A stretch of 64,000 nt of DNA from assembly GCA_965240325.2 (NCBI GenBank), contig OZ251222.1, positions 5,022,001-5,086,000 of the forward strand. Reading direction: 5' to 3'. The position numbers and the translations under genes were made by a program. The stretch's first letter is position 1. The number at the start of each line of letters is the position of its first letter. Below the pieces are notes generated by a model. It did no database searches, was not told the DNA's origin, and saw nothing but the letters and a program-made list of their open reading frames with translations. Source of the stretch: Rebecca billardiae RCC1528 (lineage: Eukaryota > Protista > Haptophyta). Shown piece after piece: positions 21,357 through 33,545 of this stretch.

Positions 21357-22703
21357 TCCTCGCCCGGCGGCTTGCAAACCAAGCCCCCCAAAACCCCTCG
21401 CGCGGCGAAAGGCACCGTCCCTTAGGAGTCGATGCCTTCCGGGAGCTCTTTGAATACAGGTGGATACGGGTGGCCGACCCAACTCACGCGGAGGCCTCTC
21501 TCGGAGCATTGGGGTCGAAGGGGCGCCAGGGACGCGGACTTCAGGGGGTCCCTGGAGTTCCGCCGCAGCGCGCTTTCTGCGCTGCGGGCCCGTCTCCGCG
21601 CGTGGCGGCCGCAATGGCACTGTCCAACTAGCCCCTGGCACTGGCTGAGGCATGGGAATCGAGCTCAGAGACGCGCGCGCGGAGGAAAAGCGTGTGCATC
21701 GGCTCGGACGGTTGCTCTGGGACCTACCCACGCCAGCGCAACCGCGCCTTGCCTCGGAGTCCGCCCTTCCTGAGTCCGCGCACGCGCCTTGCGGCTTGAA
21801 ACGCTGGCGTTCGGCCTTGTGCGCGGGACTCATGAAACAAGGCGAAGGCGGCGAGAAGCGCGACCTGGCGCGTGCGCAGACGACGTTCCACGACCAGGTG
21901 AGTTCAGCAAACATCGTGCGCCGTCGTGGCGACCCGCCAGTGGGCGCTCGTGCTCGTTCGCCCACGAGCCCTCGCCACGAGGCCCGCCGCCCGCTGAGTG
22001 TCCAGTTAGCCCCGGTGTCCAGTTGACCCGTATCCACCTGTACGCGTTTGCGCGTGCGCGGGCACTCCCGGACAGCCGCCGCCAAGAAGGCCAGCTGCGC
22101 GCGCCCTCCTCGGTCGTCCGCCGCGGCGCGTGCGCGTCGAGGCGCATGACGGGCTTTGCCGTGCACGTCGTGCCTGTGCTCGCGGCTCATGCACGTCTCA
22201 CGACCGAGATGCATGTCTTGCGCGCCCTCCTTTGGCTCGCACTGCGGTCTCCTCGTCGACAGCCTTGTGATCACGCGCGCCGCCATTTCAACCGGTTGCT
22301 GGCCTGCCAGCTGTCGAGCGTGCGTGTGCGGTCTGATCGATGTCGGCATGGCTGCCGGCGAAGCAGTGATGTTGAGTACACCCATACCCATCTCGCAGAA
22401 GCGAAAAAGCTGACCTTTGAATGCCCCAGGGGCGCACGCGTGCCCATCACGCTCGTCGGACAGGCCTTCTCCAGAACTGCGCTTGCCATCCGGCAGGTCT
22501 CTGCGCGCGGAGAGGGCGGCGAGGGCGTCGACGAGGCGGCACGATTGCTGCCTACGGGTCTTCTGGCTCCCACAAAGTGCCCGCGCACGGCTGTCACGCC
22601 CGCATGCGGCCTTGGGAGCGCTGCGCAGGCGGGCCCTCGCGTCGCCCAGTGCTCGCCATCCCGTTTTGGGGGGCTTGGTTTGCAAGCCGGGGCGGGCGAG
22701 GAC
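21357..22703. mobile_element. Probable decayed TIR element (~40-bp inverted repeats ~1.3 kb apart)
   Basis: GTCCTCGCCC..CGGCTTGCAAACCAAGCCCCCCAAAAC at 21357-21394 has an inverted copy at 22663-22703. No intact transposase or TSD seen. Confidence 0.5.
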
Positions 22704-23193
22704 CCCCCCGGAAGGGGTCCTCGCCTCCCGCAGTGGCGAGGGGGTCCTCCGCCTGGCACGATTTCGTCGCTCGAGTGCACTCCGACTCTACGGGGCATCC
22801 GAAGGTCCTGTGATTCCTGCACCTGCAATAATTAATGATATTGCCAAGCGGATCCAGATCGATCACGGGAAATCTCAGATCTCCCTGGTGGAGGGGCATC
22901 CAACCACAAAGCTTTCTCTCCGAAAGGGAGATAGCTATCTCCATTGGCGCAATCTCTCATTGATGAGCATCATGGAGGGAGATATAGTACGTATAGCAAT
23001 CAACGAAATGCTCTGTTGTGATTGGTGGAGGCTTCAGCGGTGAACCGGCGGAAATTCGGCCGACCGAACTTTCACCTTGAATTGACGACGCTGCCGTTGT
23101 GTGACACTGGACCCAGGTGACGACGAGACGACGACGACGAAAGGCGGAGGCTCCTAACGCCCCTTATTGGCTTCGCTGCGTGCCCCGGCGCCG

Positions 23194-26100
23194 ATGCCCA
23201 CCTCGAGGCGAACGCGAGCGACGCTCGCGGCGTGCGTGTGCGCGGCGGGCCGCGCGTCGGCCGAGCTGGTCGTGATCGCGGGCGCGCTCGCCGGCCTCTC
23301 CGTCCCCGCGCCGCGCTACGCGCTCTCGCCCGCGCTGCCGGCGCCGGAGGGCCCGCTGCTCGCGAGCGCGGCCGCCGACTGGGATGCGTCATCGTGCCCG
23401 CCGGTGTACGTGGGCGCGCGCGCGCTGGAGGGCGCGCTCGTGGTGCTCGTGGACAAGGCGCCGCGCTGCTCCGTCGAGGCGTACGTCAAGGCCTGCCGCG
23501 CCGAGCGCTGCGCCGCGCTGCTGCTCTACTCGAGCGAGGCGGAGCGTCGCGCGCACGTCGTGCCCGGCAAGGACGCGCGCGCCTTCGACGCGGCGGACGA
23601 GCGCGCGCCGATCAGCACGCCGATCGCGGCGTCGATCACGTCGGCCGCCGCCGCGCCGCTCGTGCGCGCGCTCCTCGCCGGCGAGCGCGCGCGCGGCGTG
23701 CTGCACGACGACGGGCTGAGCGCGTGGGCCGACCTCTTCGACGGCGCGCGCTGGGGCGGCGTGCGCGCGCTGGTGCTGCTGCAGACCGCCGAGCTGGCGG
23801 AGCTCGCGGCGTGCCGGCTGTACGCGTACACGCGCCCCGCCGCGGGCGCGCCCGACGTGCCGCCCCTCGCGCCGCTCGTGCTGCTGCTCGAGCTGACGCG
23901 CGCGGCCGCCACGCTCACCAGCTGGGGCGCGGACCCGCACGGCGGCCACGGCGCGCTCAGCACGGAGGCGCGCGCCGCGCTCGGCGCGGTGGCCGACACG
24001 CTCGGGCCGCTCGCCGCGGCGCTCTTCCTCGGTGCGCGCGCGCGCGCGACGCCCCGTCCCGCGCGGCGCCGAGCCGACGCGCCCGCGCCCGCTGACGCGC
24101 CCGCCCCTGCCACCGCACACCGCCACGCACACCGCCACGCACACCGCCAGTGCTCTTTGCGCGCGAGGCGCAGCGCGCGCGCGGCGCCCCGCTCGCGCTC
24201 GCGCGCGCGCCGTGCGCCACGGCGCTCGTGCTGTGCGTGTGCGCCGCGTGCGCGCTGCGCGTCGCCGCGTGCGCGCAGCTGCACTGGGCGGCGGCCGCGC
24301 CCGCGCCCGCCGCGGCCGCGCTGCCGGCCGCGTGCGCCGCGCTGCTGTGGTGCGCGCTGCTCGGCCTCGGCGGCCGCGCGTACGCGCGCGCGCGCGCCGA
24401 GGCGTCGCGCGGGCCACCGCGCCCGCGCGCGCTGCGCGCGCTGCTCGCGCGGATGCGCGCCTCGCTCGCGTGGGGGTGCGTCGGGCTGTGCGCGCAGCTC
24501 GCGCTCGCGGCCGGCGGCGCGTGCGCGCCCGGCGCGCTGCCCGCGCTCGCGCTGCTCGCGGGCACGGGCGGCGCGCGCGCCGGGTACGCGCGCGCGGACG
24601 CGCTCTGCCCGCCGCACGCGCGCGCGCCGCGCGGCCCGCTGCGCTGGGCGCGCGAGTCCACCTGGGCCTGCCTGCGCGCGCTGTGCGCGCGCGCGGCCGA
24701 GTGGGCTGCCGAGGGCGACGACGACGACGACGAGGAGGAGGGCGGCGGCAGCGGCAGCGGCGGCGGCAGCGGCAGGGCCTCGGCGCGCAAGCCGCTCGCA
24801 AGGCGCGACGGCGCGCTGCCGCGCGCGCAGCCCGCGGCCGCGCCGCGCGCGCCGCGCGCGCCGCGCGCCGGCCGCGCGCGCCGCGCGCCGCGCGCCGCCG
24901 CGCCGCCGGGCGGCGGCGGCGGCGGACGCGCGGCCGCCGCCGCCGCGCCGGGTGACGCGCGCGCGGACGGGCGCGCGCGCGCGCTCGAGGCGGTGCGCTG
25001 GTCGCTGGGCGCGCACGAGCTGCCCGCGCACACGCTGCTCGGCGTCTCGGCCGCGTTCATCGCGGAGTGGGCGGTGGCGCACGACGCGACGGCGGGCACC
25101 ACGCTCGGCGACGTGGTGCGCGGCCTCGGCCTCAAGGAGAAGCAGCGCGTCGCGCGCCAGCGCGCGCTCGGCCGCGGCGCGCGCGAGCTGCGCGCGGGCG
25201 GCGGGCGGCACTGCGTGGACGCGGAGCTGTGCGCGCAGCTCTCGCTGGCGGAGGTGTACTGCGGCGCGCGCACGCTGGACGGCGGCGCGGCGGTGGGCCC
25301 GGCGACGCACGTGCTGCTCTGCGCGCACGAGGCCGCGCTGCTCGACGTCGCGTACGCCGCGAGCGCGCTCGGCGGCGCCGCGCGCGTGTGGCTGGCCGCC
25401 TTCTGCGCGCGCCAGCCGCCGAGCGGCGAGACGGCGAGCGAGCTGGACGCGCACCGCACGCTGCTGGTCGCGCGGCGCGTGGGCCGCGCGGCGCTGCTGC
25501 TCGACGAGTGGGACGGCGCGGGCCACGCCGCGCCGCCGCGCCCGCTGCGCCGGCTGTGGGTGTGCGCCGAGCTCGCGCAGTGCGCGCGCGCGGGCGCGCG
25601 GCTCGAGCTGCTGCCCACGCGCGCCGCGCGCCCGCACCTCGACGCGCAGCTGGCGGCGGGCGGCGACGCGGCGCTGCAGGCGGCGCGCGCGCGGCTGTGC
25701 GCCGTGGACGCGCTGGCCGCGGCGTGCGAGACGGCGGAGGACGCGCGGCTCGCGTGGCGCGTCGCGCGCCGCGCGCTCGACGAGCCGCCGCACGCCGGCG
25801 TTGACGCACGCACCGACGCCGCGCCGCCCGCGGCGGCCGACGCGCGCGCCGAGCCCGCGCCGGCGCGGGCGCCGGCGCCGGCGCAGAACGCCGCGCCCGG
25901 CGCGGCGGCCTCGGTGGCGGCCTCGGTGGCGCTGCTCGGCCCGCCCGGGTACACGCCGCAGCCGCGCGAGCCGCCCGAGCCGCAGCCCGAGCCCGAGCCG
26001 GCCGAGCTCGCGCCGCGCCTCGACGCGTGCGTGCGCGCCGCGCTGTGCGGCGCGCTCGAGCGGTACCGCGCGGCGCTGCTCGACGGCAGCGGCCCGCCCG

Positions 26101-26252
26101 ACGAGGTGGACGAGGCGGACAGCGGCTCGTCCGACGCGGCGGCGCTGGCGAGCGGCCAGCACCGCCCGCTCGCGCTCGACGACTCCGACCGCTTCGGCGC
26201 GCTGCTGCGCCGGCTCGCCGCGCGGCGCCGCTCGCCGATCGACAGCGTGTGA
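23194..26252 (+). CDS. Hypothetical multi-pass membrane protein with PA-domain-like N-terminus (spliced)
   Basis: GALVVLVDKAPRCSVEAYVKACRAERCAALLLYS resembles a protease-associated domain. GT-AG intron ~24032-24150 joins the two long ORFs; hydrophobic helices follow. Confidence 0.6.
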
Positions 26253-26296
26253 GCCGATCGATCGATCAGCTGCATCATGAGCGTGATGAATTGATC

Positions 26297-26327
<31 letters not shown>

Positions 26328-26477
26328 ATACTACACCTACAATGAATCATTGCATGCACATTAAAAGACTTGACTCAAATACTACTCGACACAAGTACAT
26401 GAGCAACCGTTGCACGACGGCGTGAGTACTGAGTTGAGTACTTGTGCGCCGGGCGCGCGCGGGGCGTTCGCTGTGCG

Positions 26478-28238
26478 ATGTCGGCGCGTCGCGGGGCCAC
26501 CCTCACGGACTCACTCGGCGCCGTCGCGCTGTACCTCCTGTGCGCCGCGCGGAGGGCGGGCGCCGCCGGGGCGACGGTCGACGTGCGCAGCGTGGCGGAG
26601 CTCGTGCAAGCGTTCGCCGACCTCCCCACGCTCGCGGAGCCCGTCACGATCCGCGTGTCCCCGGGCGTGTACGAGCTGGGCGCGACGCTGCGGGCGAGCG
26701 GCGTCAAGAACGTGAGCATCGGCGCGCACCCGCCGCCGGTGAACCTCACCGCGCAGCCGGGCGTGCGGCTGCTCAGCATCGCCGGCGCGGACGCCTGGCG
26801 CGTGCGCGGCCTCACCTTCACCGGCGTGAGCATCGGCGGCGACCCTCCGCCCGGCGCGCTGCCCGGAGGGTGCGCGCAGATCGTCGACTCGTCCGTCCTC
26901 TTCGAGTCGTGCGCGTTCGTGGGGAACGACAACCAGGGCGACTTTGGCGGCGCGCTCAGCGTCGAGGGCGCCAGCGCTGTCCGCCTCGTCAACGCCTCGT
27001 TCGTGGGCAACCACCTCGAGAGCCCGACGTACGAGCCGCCGCCCGCCTTCCTGCGCGGCGGCGCGGCGATCAACGTGGCCGGCAGCTCGGTGCTCGAGTG
27101 CGTCGGCTGCGAGTTCCGCGCGAACAGCGGCAACTGGTTCGTGTCCGGCGGCGGGATCGCGCTGCGCGACTCGACGCTCGGCGTGCTCGACGGCTGCGCG
27201 TTCGAGGCGAACATGGTGGACGGCGCGGGCGCGGGCGTGCTCGTGACCGACCGCGCGCGCGCGACCATCTCCGGCTGCGCCTTTGCCGCCAACGTGGCCA
27301 ACGGCGCGGGCGGCGCGCTGCAGCTCTTCCAGGACGCGAGCGTCAACGTCACGGACACGGCGTTCGACGCGAACGAGGGCCACCAGGGCGGAGGTGCGAT
27401 CGCGCTGTGGGACCGCGCCGCGCTCGCGCTGTCGCGCTGCGGGTTCACGGCCAACGTCGCGCAGGCGCAGGGCACCTCGGTGGGCGGCGCCGTGATGCTC
27501 GGCAGCGCGTACGGCGACACGGTCAGCGCGGACATCGAGCGGTGCTCGTTCGAGCGCAACGTGGCCGACTGGGGCGGCGCGATGGCGGCCATCGTGGGCA
27601 GGCGCTGGGAGGTGTACGGCAACACCTTTGCGGGCAACCGCGCGTCGCAGTGCGCCGCCATCTTCTCCAACGCCGACATCCCGGGCGTGTGCAAGGGCAC
27701 GGGCGAGCTCATCCGCGCACCCGACGCGTGCAACGACACGGAGGCGTCGGCCGTGTGCGCGAGCCCGCCGTTCCCGCCGCCCTCGCCCCCGCCCGGCCAC
27801 GGGACGCACAGGCCGACCTGCCCGATGTGCGTCCGGCACCGCTGCACGCTGTACGGCGGCAACAAGTGCGCGAGCAGGCGGGGGTACACCGACCCGCAGG
27901 GCGCGCAGCGCGCGCTGTGCGCGTGCGCGTGCTGCGGGGAGCAGTGCACGCTCGGCCCGCACTGCGCCGTCGAGGCCGCCGAGCTGCGGGGCGGCGCGCC
28001 GCGCAGGGCCACGCCCTCGGCTGCGAGCGGCCGGCCGCCCGCGCGGCCGCCGCCTGCTGCGGTGGACGCGGCGGCAGCCGCGGTGGCGGTCGGCGTGGTT
28101 GCGCTCGCACTGGCAGCAGCGGCGGCCGTCAGGCGTGGCGGCGGGCAGCACGTGCCCGGCGTGGCTCGTGCCGCGCGCCGCGCGGCCAGAATACGCGGCG
28201 GTGAGGGTGGCGGTGATGGTGCTGGCGGCCTGTTCTGA
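26478..28238 (+). CDS. Secreted or membrane-anchored right-handed beta-helix protein (Pmp-like GGA(I/L)/FxxN repeats)
   Basis: Repeated FxxN...GGA(L/I/V) motifs, N-terminal hydrophobic stretch, PPxPP linker, Cys-rich region, C-terminal TM segment. Confidence 0.82.
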   Translation: MSARRGATLTDSLGAVALYLLCAARRAGAAGATVDVRSVAELVQAFADLPTLAEPVTIRVSPGVYELGATLRASGVKNVSIGAHPPPVNLTAQPGVRLLSIAGADAWRVRGLTFTGVSIGGDPPPGALPGGCAQIVDSSVLFESCAFVGNDNQGDFGGALSVEGASAVRLVNASFVGNHLESPTYEPPPAFLRGGAAINVAGSSVLECVGCEFRANSGNWFVSGGGIALRDSTLGVLDGCAFEANMVDGAGAGVLVTDRARATISGCAFAANVANGAGGALQLFQDASVNVTDTAFDANEGHQGGGAIALWDRAALALSRCGFTANVAQAQGTSVGGAVMLGSAYGDTVSADIERCSFERNVADWGGAMAAIVGRRWEVYGNTFAGNRASQCAAIFSNADIPGVCKGTGELIRAPDACNDTEASAVCASPPFPPPSPPPGHGTHRPTCPMCVRHRCTLYGGNKCASRRGYTDPQGAQRALCACACCGEQCTLGPHCAVEAAELRGGAPRRATPSAASGRPPARPPPAAVDAAAAAVAVGVVALALAAAAAVRRGGGQHVPGVARAARRAARIRGGEGGGDGAGGLF

Positions 28239-28603
28239 TGGCACGCGTGCCATGCGCCGCCCGCCCCCGCACCCCATCTCACACTTTTAGGGTGACGACT
28301 ACTCGAGTCTCCGACCCGACTAGTCGGCACAGCACCGGCGGCCGTCACGGGCTCACGGCGGTCAAGGGCGTTCCCGGGATCCTGCCACACGCTCGTGAAA
28401 AGCAAAGCCCCCGCTGCTGGGGGCTTTGCCTTTTCCCGTATTCAAATGTACCCGCTTCAATAAATGATGAAGGAAGCTCGTTGCAATAGGAAGGTGGTTC
28501 AATTTGGCGCAGTATCGGACCAATGCGGGGAACGCCCCTGTGACGGCGCCGCGCCATCAGAATTCATCGCGTAGTATACGTTCAGGATCGTCGTCATCAC
28601 AAC

Positions 28604-29731
28604 CAAGGGCGGTAAGGGCTGTCAACTCCCAGTGGCGGCAGCGCCAGAGGTTGGCTCCCGCTTCGCTGCTGCGCGGCCTCGCTCCAGCGACTAACTCTCG
28701 TGGGCGCCCGCCCTGGAGGGCGAGTGGGGCGCGCACGGCGCGAGCTCCTGCGGCCGTGTACGCGCGCGCAGAGGCGGCGCGCGCGGCTGGGCAGGTGCTA
28801 GGGAGTGCATGTCGCCCTCCCACGCCGCGCGCCTTGCTCGCCGCCGCTTTCGCCGCGCCTCAGGCCAGCGCGCACGCGTGCGCCGCCTCCAGAGCCAGCC
28901 TCGGGCCCGCGGCAGCCGGCCGCGCGCGTGTGGTGCGCGGTCTGGTCGGCGCGAGTCGGTCGGGGCCATCGGGCGAGGTTCGCATACTATAGACGCGCGC
29001 TCTGCCGCCGCGCGCCGCCGCGCACGGCTGTCATGGGTCGACACGCAAGCATCTTAGGTCTGACACGAACTGCAGCACGAATGCGAAAATGCTCATGTTT
29101 GGACGCTCATGGAGACGCTGAAGAGCACAACAGACGAGCGCAGGCGATGGAGAGCGGGGCAATGCACTCATTGGACGCCGTACACGCACCCAATGCGGCC
29201 GCCTATCACGCGCATGGGCGCTCACTGTCGCGTGTTCGAGCTCATTTCTGCTTGTCGTGCATTCATCAATCAGCTTCCTTCAACAGCTTCACGGGATGGT
29301 ACCGGGCCCATGCGCGGTGGCGCGCGGCGGCAGAGCGCGCGTCTATAGTATGCGAACCTCGCCCGATGGCCCCGACCGACTCGCGCCGACCAGACCGCGC
29401 ACCACACGCGCGCGGCCGGCTGCCGCGGGCCCGAGGCTGGCTCTGGAGGCGGCGCACGCGTGCGCGCTGGCCTGAGGCGCGGCGAAAGCGGCGGCGAGCA
29501 AGGCGCGCGGCGTGGGAGGGCGACATGCACTCCCTAGCACCTGCCCAGCCGCGCGCGCCGCCTCTGCGCGCGCGTACACGGCCGCAGGAGCTCGCGCCGT
29601 GCGCGCCCCACTCGCCCTCCAGGGCGGGCGCCCACGAGAGTTAGTCGCTGGAGCGAGGCCGCGCAGCAGCGAAGCGGGAGCCAACCTCTGGCGCTGCCGC
29701 CACTGGGAGTTGACAGCCCTTACCGCCCTTG
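28604..29731. mobile_element. Non-autonomous foldback DNA transposon, P-superfamily-like (family 1)
   Basis: 421-bp near-perfect TIRs (28604-29024 / 29311-29731) starting CAAGGG; 7-bp TSD TCACAAC at 28597-28603 and 29732-29738. Confidence 0.92.
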
Positions 29732-30026
29732 TCACAACCATTCCCTGTGGCCTGACTGGGTCGTGGGTGGGTGCACCGTGCACGTGGCGGTCGCGGAGAC
29801 GTGACGAGCGCCGGCGATGTGACGGTCCGGTCACGATTCAGTATGGCTGCCGCATCACTGTAACCGCCCATAACGGTCGCCATCAACCGCGCTCCACATA
29901 GATAGCGCAGAGATTTAGAGTGCCGCGAAAATCGCTTCGCCGACTCGGACGCCGGCTGATGACCGACGGGAGTCGGCCCGACCCCCTCGGCGACCGATTT
30001 TCGGCCGCCGCCCACGCGCGGCGCCG

Positions 30027-31714
30027 ATGGCGGCCGCCGTGAAGCGGACCCACGTGCTGGGCGCGTGCGGCGTGGCGCTCGCGCTCACGATGGTGCTCGC
30101 CGCCATCGCAGGGGTCGCGCCCTACGCCGCCAAGAGCGCGGGCCCCGCCGACAGCCTGCCGACGTCGACCGTGTGGACGACGGCGAAGAAGAACGGCAGC
30201 TGGACCATGTATCGGAACGACGCGCCGTTCGTCGTCAAGGGCGCGTGCTACAGCCCCACGGAGATTGGCGGCGACATCAACTTTGTCGACGCGGACATCG
30301 CCACCACGATGTGGGGCGACTACTTCTGGGACACGACCAAGACCCCGAACGGGGAGCCGCTGTACAACTGGTACGCGCTCTGGGGCTACGGCGAGCTCAG
30401 CCCGCCGTACGTTGCGCGCAACGACCTCAAGACGATGGCGGGCCTCGGGGTCAACTCGATCCGGACCTACTTCATGCAGTCGCGCCTCTACAAGAACGAC
30501 ACGAACGACCAGACGCTGCCGTACACCGAGTGCCCGCTGCGCACGCACACGCAGTTCCTCGACGAGGCGCACCAGAACGGCCTCTCCGTGCTCGTCGGGA
30601 TCGCGCTGCCGGCGAACCTGATGAAGATGGACCTGTACATGGAGTGGAAGGCCGCCCGGCCGTCCAACCTCGACTGGTGGGTCAACGTGATCCGCGAGAC
30701 GGCGGAGCAGGTCGGCTCGCACCCGGCCGTGATGGGCTTCACGATCATGAACGAGCTGGACGACGAGCCCAACGCCTTCCCGTACGAGAACGTGCCCGTC
30801 CCAGCCGGGCAGGGGACGATGCCAAAGGCGCTGCCAGCCGACGCGAAGACCAACTTTTGGTGCGCGCGCGCGCTGCGCCCGCGAAGCCCTCCACCCAACG
30901 CCTTCCCCCCGCTGCTCCAGTGCCATCCGCAGCGCCCTCACTCGCGCGCCTCCCTGCGCGCAAACGCGCGCAACGGCGCAGGTACGCCCGCGCAATCGAG
31001 TACGCCAAGATCGTCAAGAAGGCCGCGCCGATGAAGCTGGTCGGCTGGGCGATCCACGACGCCCCCGTCTTCGTCGCCTGGTCGTCGAAGACCAAGCCCT
31101 TCTCGTCCCCCAACCTGGACCCGCTCCTCAAGCCCGACGAGGTGTACATGCAGCAGCTGTCGGCCGTGTTCGACTTTTACGGCGTCAACTCGTACCAGAC
31201 GCAGAGCCTGGTCACCGTGATGGGGGCCGCCGACATGGTCGGCGACCAGATGTCGTACGCGGACCCGAGCATCGCGGACATCGTCAAGCCCGTGCTCCTC
31301 ACCGAGCTTGGCTGGTCCTCGACCGGCCGCGCGGTGCCGTCCGACCCTTCCTCCGAGCTGATCGACAACGGCAAGACGCAGCAGAACGTGGCGGACGTGA
31401 TCGCGCGCGTCATGCCGGGCGCGTACACCACGTACCGCAGCATCTCCGTCGGCGCGTTCTGGTTCGAGTTCGCCGACGAGTGGTTCAAGCAAGGGCTCCC
31501 GACCGTGTGGAACGGCGCGGACCACACGAGCCCTGGCTTCCCCAACGGCTACTGGGACGAGGAGAGCTTTGGCATCTTTGCGCGCCGGCGCGCCGGCGGC
31601 CGTTCGAACAGCTCCAACGACTGGGCTGGCTCGGGGCCGACGCTGCCGGTGGACCAGCTCTTGCCCCGCATGCCCATCGTGAACGCGCTCAAGGAGATCT
31701 TCCGCTCCAACTAG
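30027..31714 (+). CDS. Clan GH-A glycoside hydrolase (GH2/GH158-like TIM barrel), signal peptide, one intron
   Basis: FVVKGACYSP, GVNSIRTY, acid/base IMNEL, nucleophile VLLTELG, FEFADEW. Intron 30860-30981 restores ..NFW|YARAIEY... Confidence 0.85.
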
Positions 31715-31915
31715 CTCGGCACCGTTTGCCGCGACACCAGCTGCCGCGACCGCTCACCCGATAACGGTTGACCAGTCACTGAGCTGCCCTGCATGCACCC
31801 GGCTGTTAATGTTATACGCCCCGTGGCCCGTCACGTGCTGCACGCGATGATATGATCATCGATGATGATGACTACGACGACTCGGACCGCGATGATGCTG
31901 GCAATATATATATAT

Positions 31916-31950
<35 letters not shown>

Positions 31951-32124
31951 ATATATATATATCTAGATATATATAGATATGATGATACCGATGATGTCGT
32001 CGTCGTGCTGACGATGACACGGTCCCCGGGGCCGCCCGCCGATGCTGTCGATCGCCTACTCGGCCAGTAGCCTGCGCGCGCAGAATGTCCCGGTCGGCGC
32101 CCGACTGCGGCGGACGACTACGTG

Positions 32125-33480
32125 CTAGCGCTGCGCACTGGGCTCCGGCGCCGCCGCGTCGTCGGCCGCCGCGTCGTCGTCGGCCGACGAGGGTGCGCGG
32201 CCCGTGTGCCTGCCGCTCCCGCTGCCGTCGCCGCCCACGAGCGGGGGCAGCCTCGGCGCGCCGGGGCGCGCGCGGCCGCGCAGCGCGGGCGGCATGGTCG
32301 CGTCGGTGCCGCCCGCCGCGCTCCACAGGTCGAGCAGCTCGTTGAGCGACGCGTCCGATCCCGAGTGCGCGCGGCACAGGCCGAGCGCCTCCGCCGGGGG
32401 CTCGGCCGAGGGCGATCCGACGGCGCCGCGCTGGGCGGCGCACGCGTCGACGGTCGCGCGGCGCGCCTGGAGCCGCGCGCGCAGGCCGCGCGCGGGCGGC
32501 TCGAGCAGGCCTCTCTCGAGGAGGGCCCTCGGGCCGACGGCGCCGCCGTGCGACGCGCGGCGCTGCAGGTGCAGCGGGATGCCGCCGAGCGCGGGCGAGG
32601 AGCGCTCGTGGATCGCCGAGCTCACCGTCAGCGCGGAGAGCGCGGACGTGTCCGAGCGCGCGGGCGAGAGCGGCGCGCCGCCGCCCTCCTCCGCCGCGCC
32701 CGCTGCGCCCGCGCACCGCGCGCACGGCGCGCACCGCGCGGCCGCCGCGGCGATGGTGGCGGCGCCGTACAGCACGCACGGCGCGGCGAGCGCGAGCATC
32801 GGCGCGGCGAAGCCCCCTCTCGCGTACAGCGCGCCGCCCACGAGCGGGCCGACCACCAGCCTGGCGCGGCACGCGCGGCGGGCGCGGCGGGCGCGTGAGC
32901 GGCGCGGCGCGGGCGCGGGGCCGCGGCGCCGCCGCCGCGACCGCGCGGCCGCACCCGAGCTGCATGCTGGCGTTGAAGAGCGCGACGACGCCGTCCGTGT
33001 CCAGCCCGCCGCCGTCCTCGGCCGCCGCCTCCTTGAGCGCGGGCAGCGACGGGATGAGCGCGGCCGCCTGGCCGCAGCCGAGCGCGCCGAGCGCGCACAT
33101 GGCCCACGCCCACACGGCGCGCGCGCCCCCGCCGCCCGCGCAGCCGCTCAGCGCGAGCGCGCACGCGGCGCCGCCGCTGACGAGCAGCCCGCCGCCCATC
33201 GTGAGCGCGTACGGCCGCGCGCACGCGCCGCGCGCCGCGCAGCCGTCGGCGAGCACGCCCGCCAGCGGCGCGGCGAGCGAGTAGGCGGCGGCGAGCGCGC
33301 CGAACGCGAGGCCGATCGCGCCCTGGCCGAGCCCGAGCGCGCGCAGCCGCACGCCCAGCGTGCCGTTGGTCGCGCCGAAGGCGCACGTGCCGAGGGCGAC
33401 GCCGACGGCGGCCCACGCGGTGCGCGCGCTCTGCGCGCACGCGCGCAGCGCGCCGCACCGCCGCCGCGCGCCCCCCGCCT

Positions 33481-33545
<65 letters not shown>

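Noticed and set aside
7100-23050. Calling the island a Helitron or Replitron
   Set aside because: No Pif1-like helicase or clear TC...CTRR ends, and the Rep retains an SF3 helicase, unlike Replitrons.
28691-29901. Mirror-image ORFs in the foldback arms (also 36365-37732)
   Set aside because: Artefacts of the inverted repeats; no transposase motifs.
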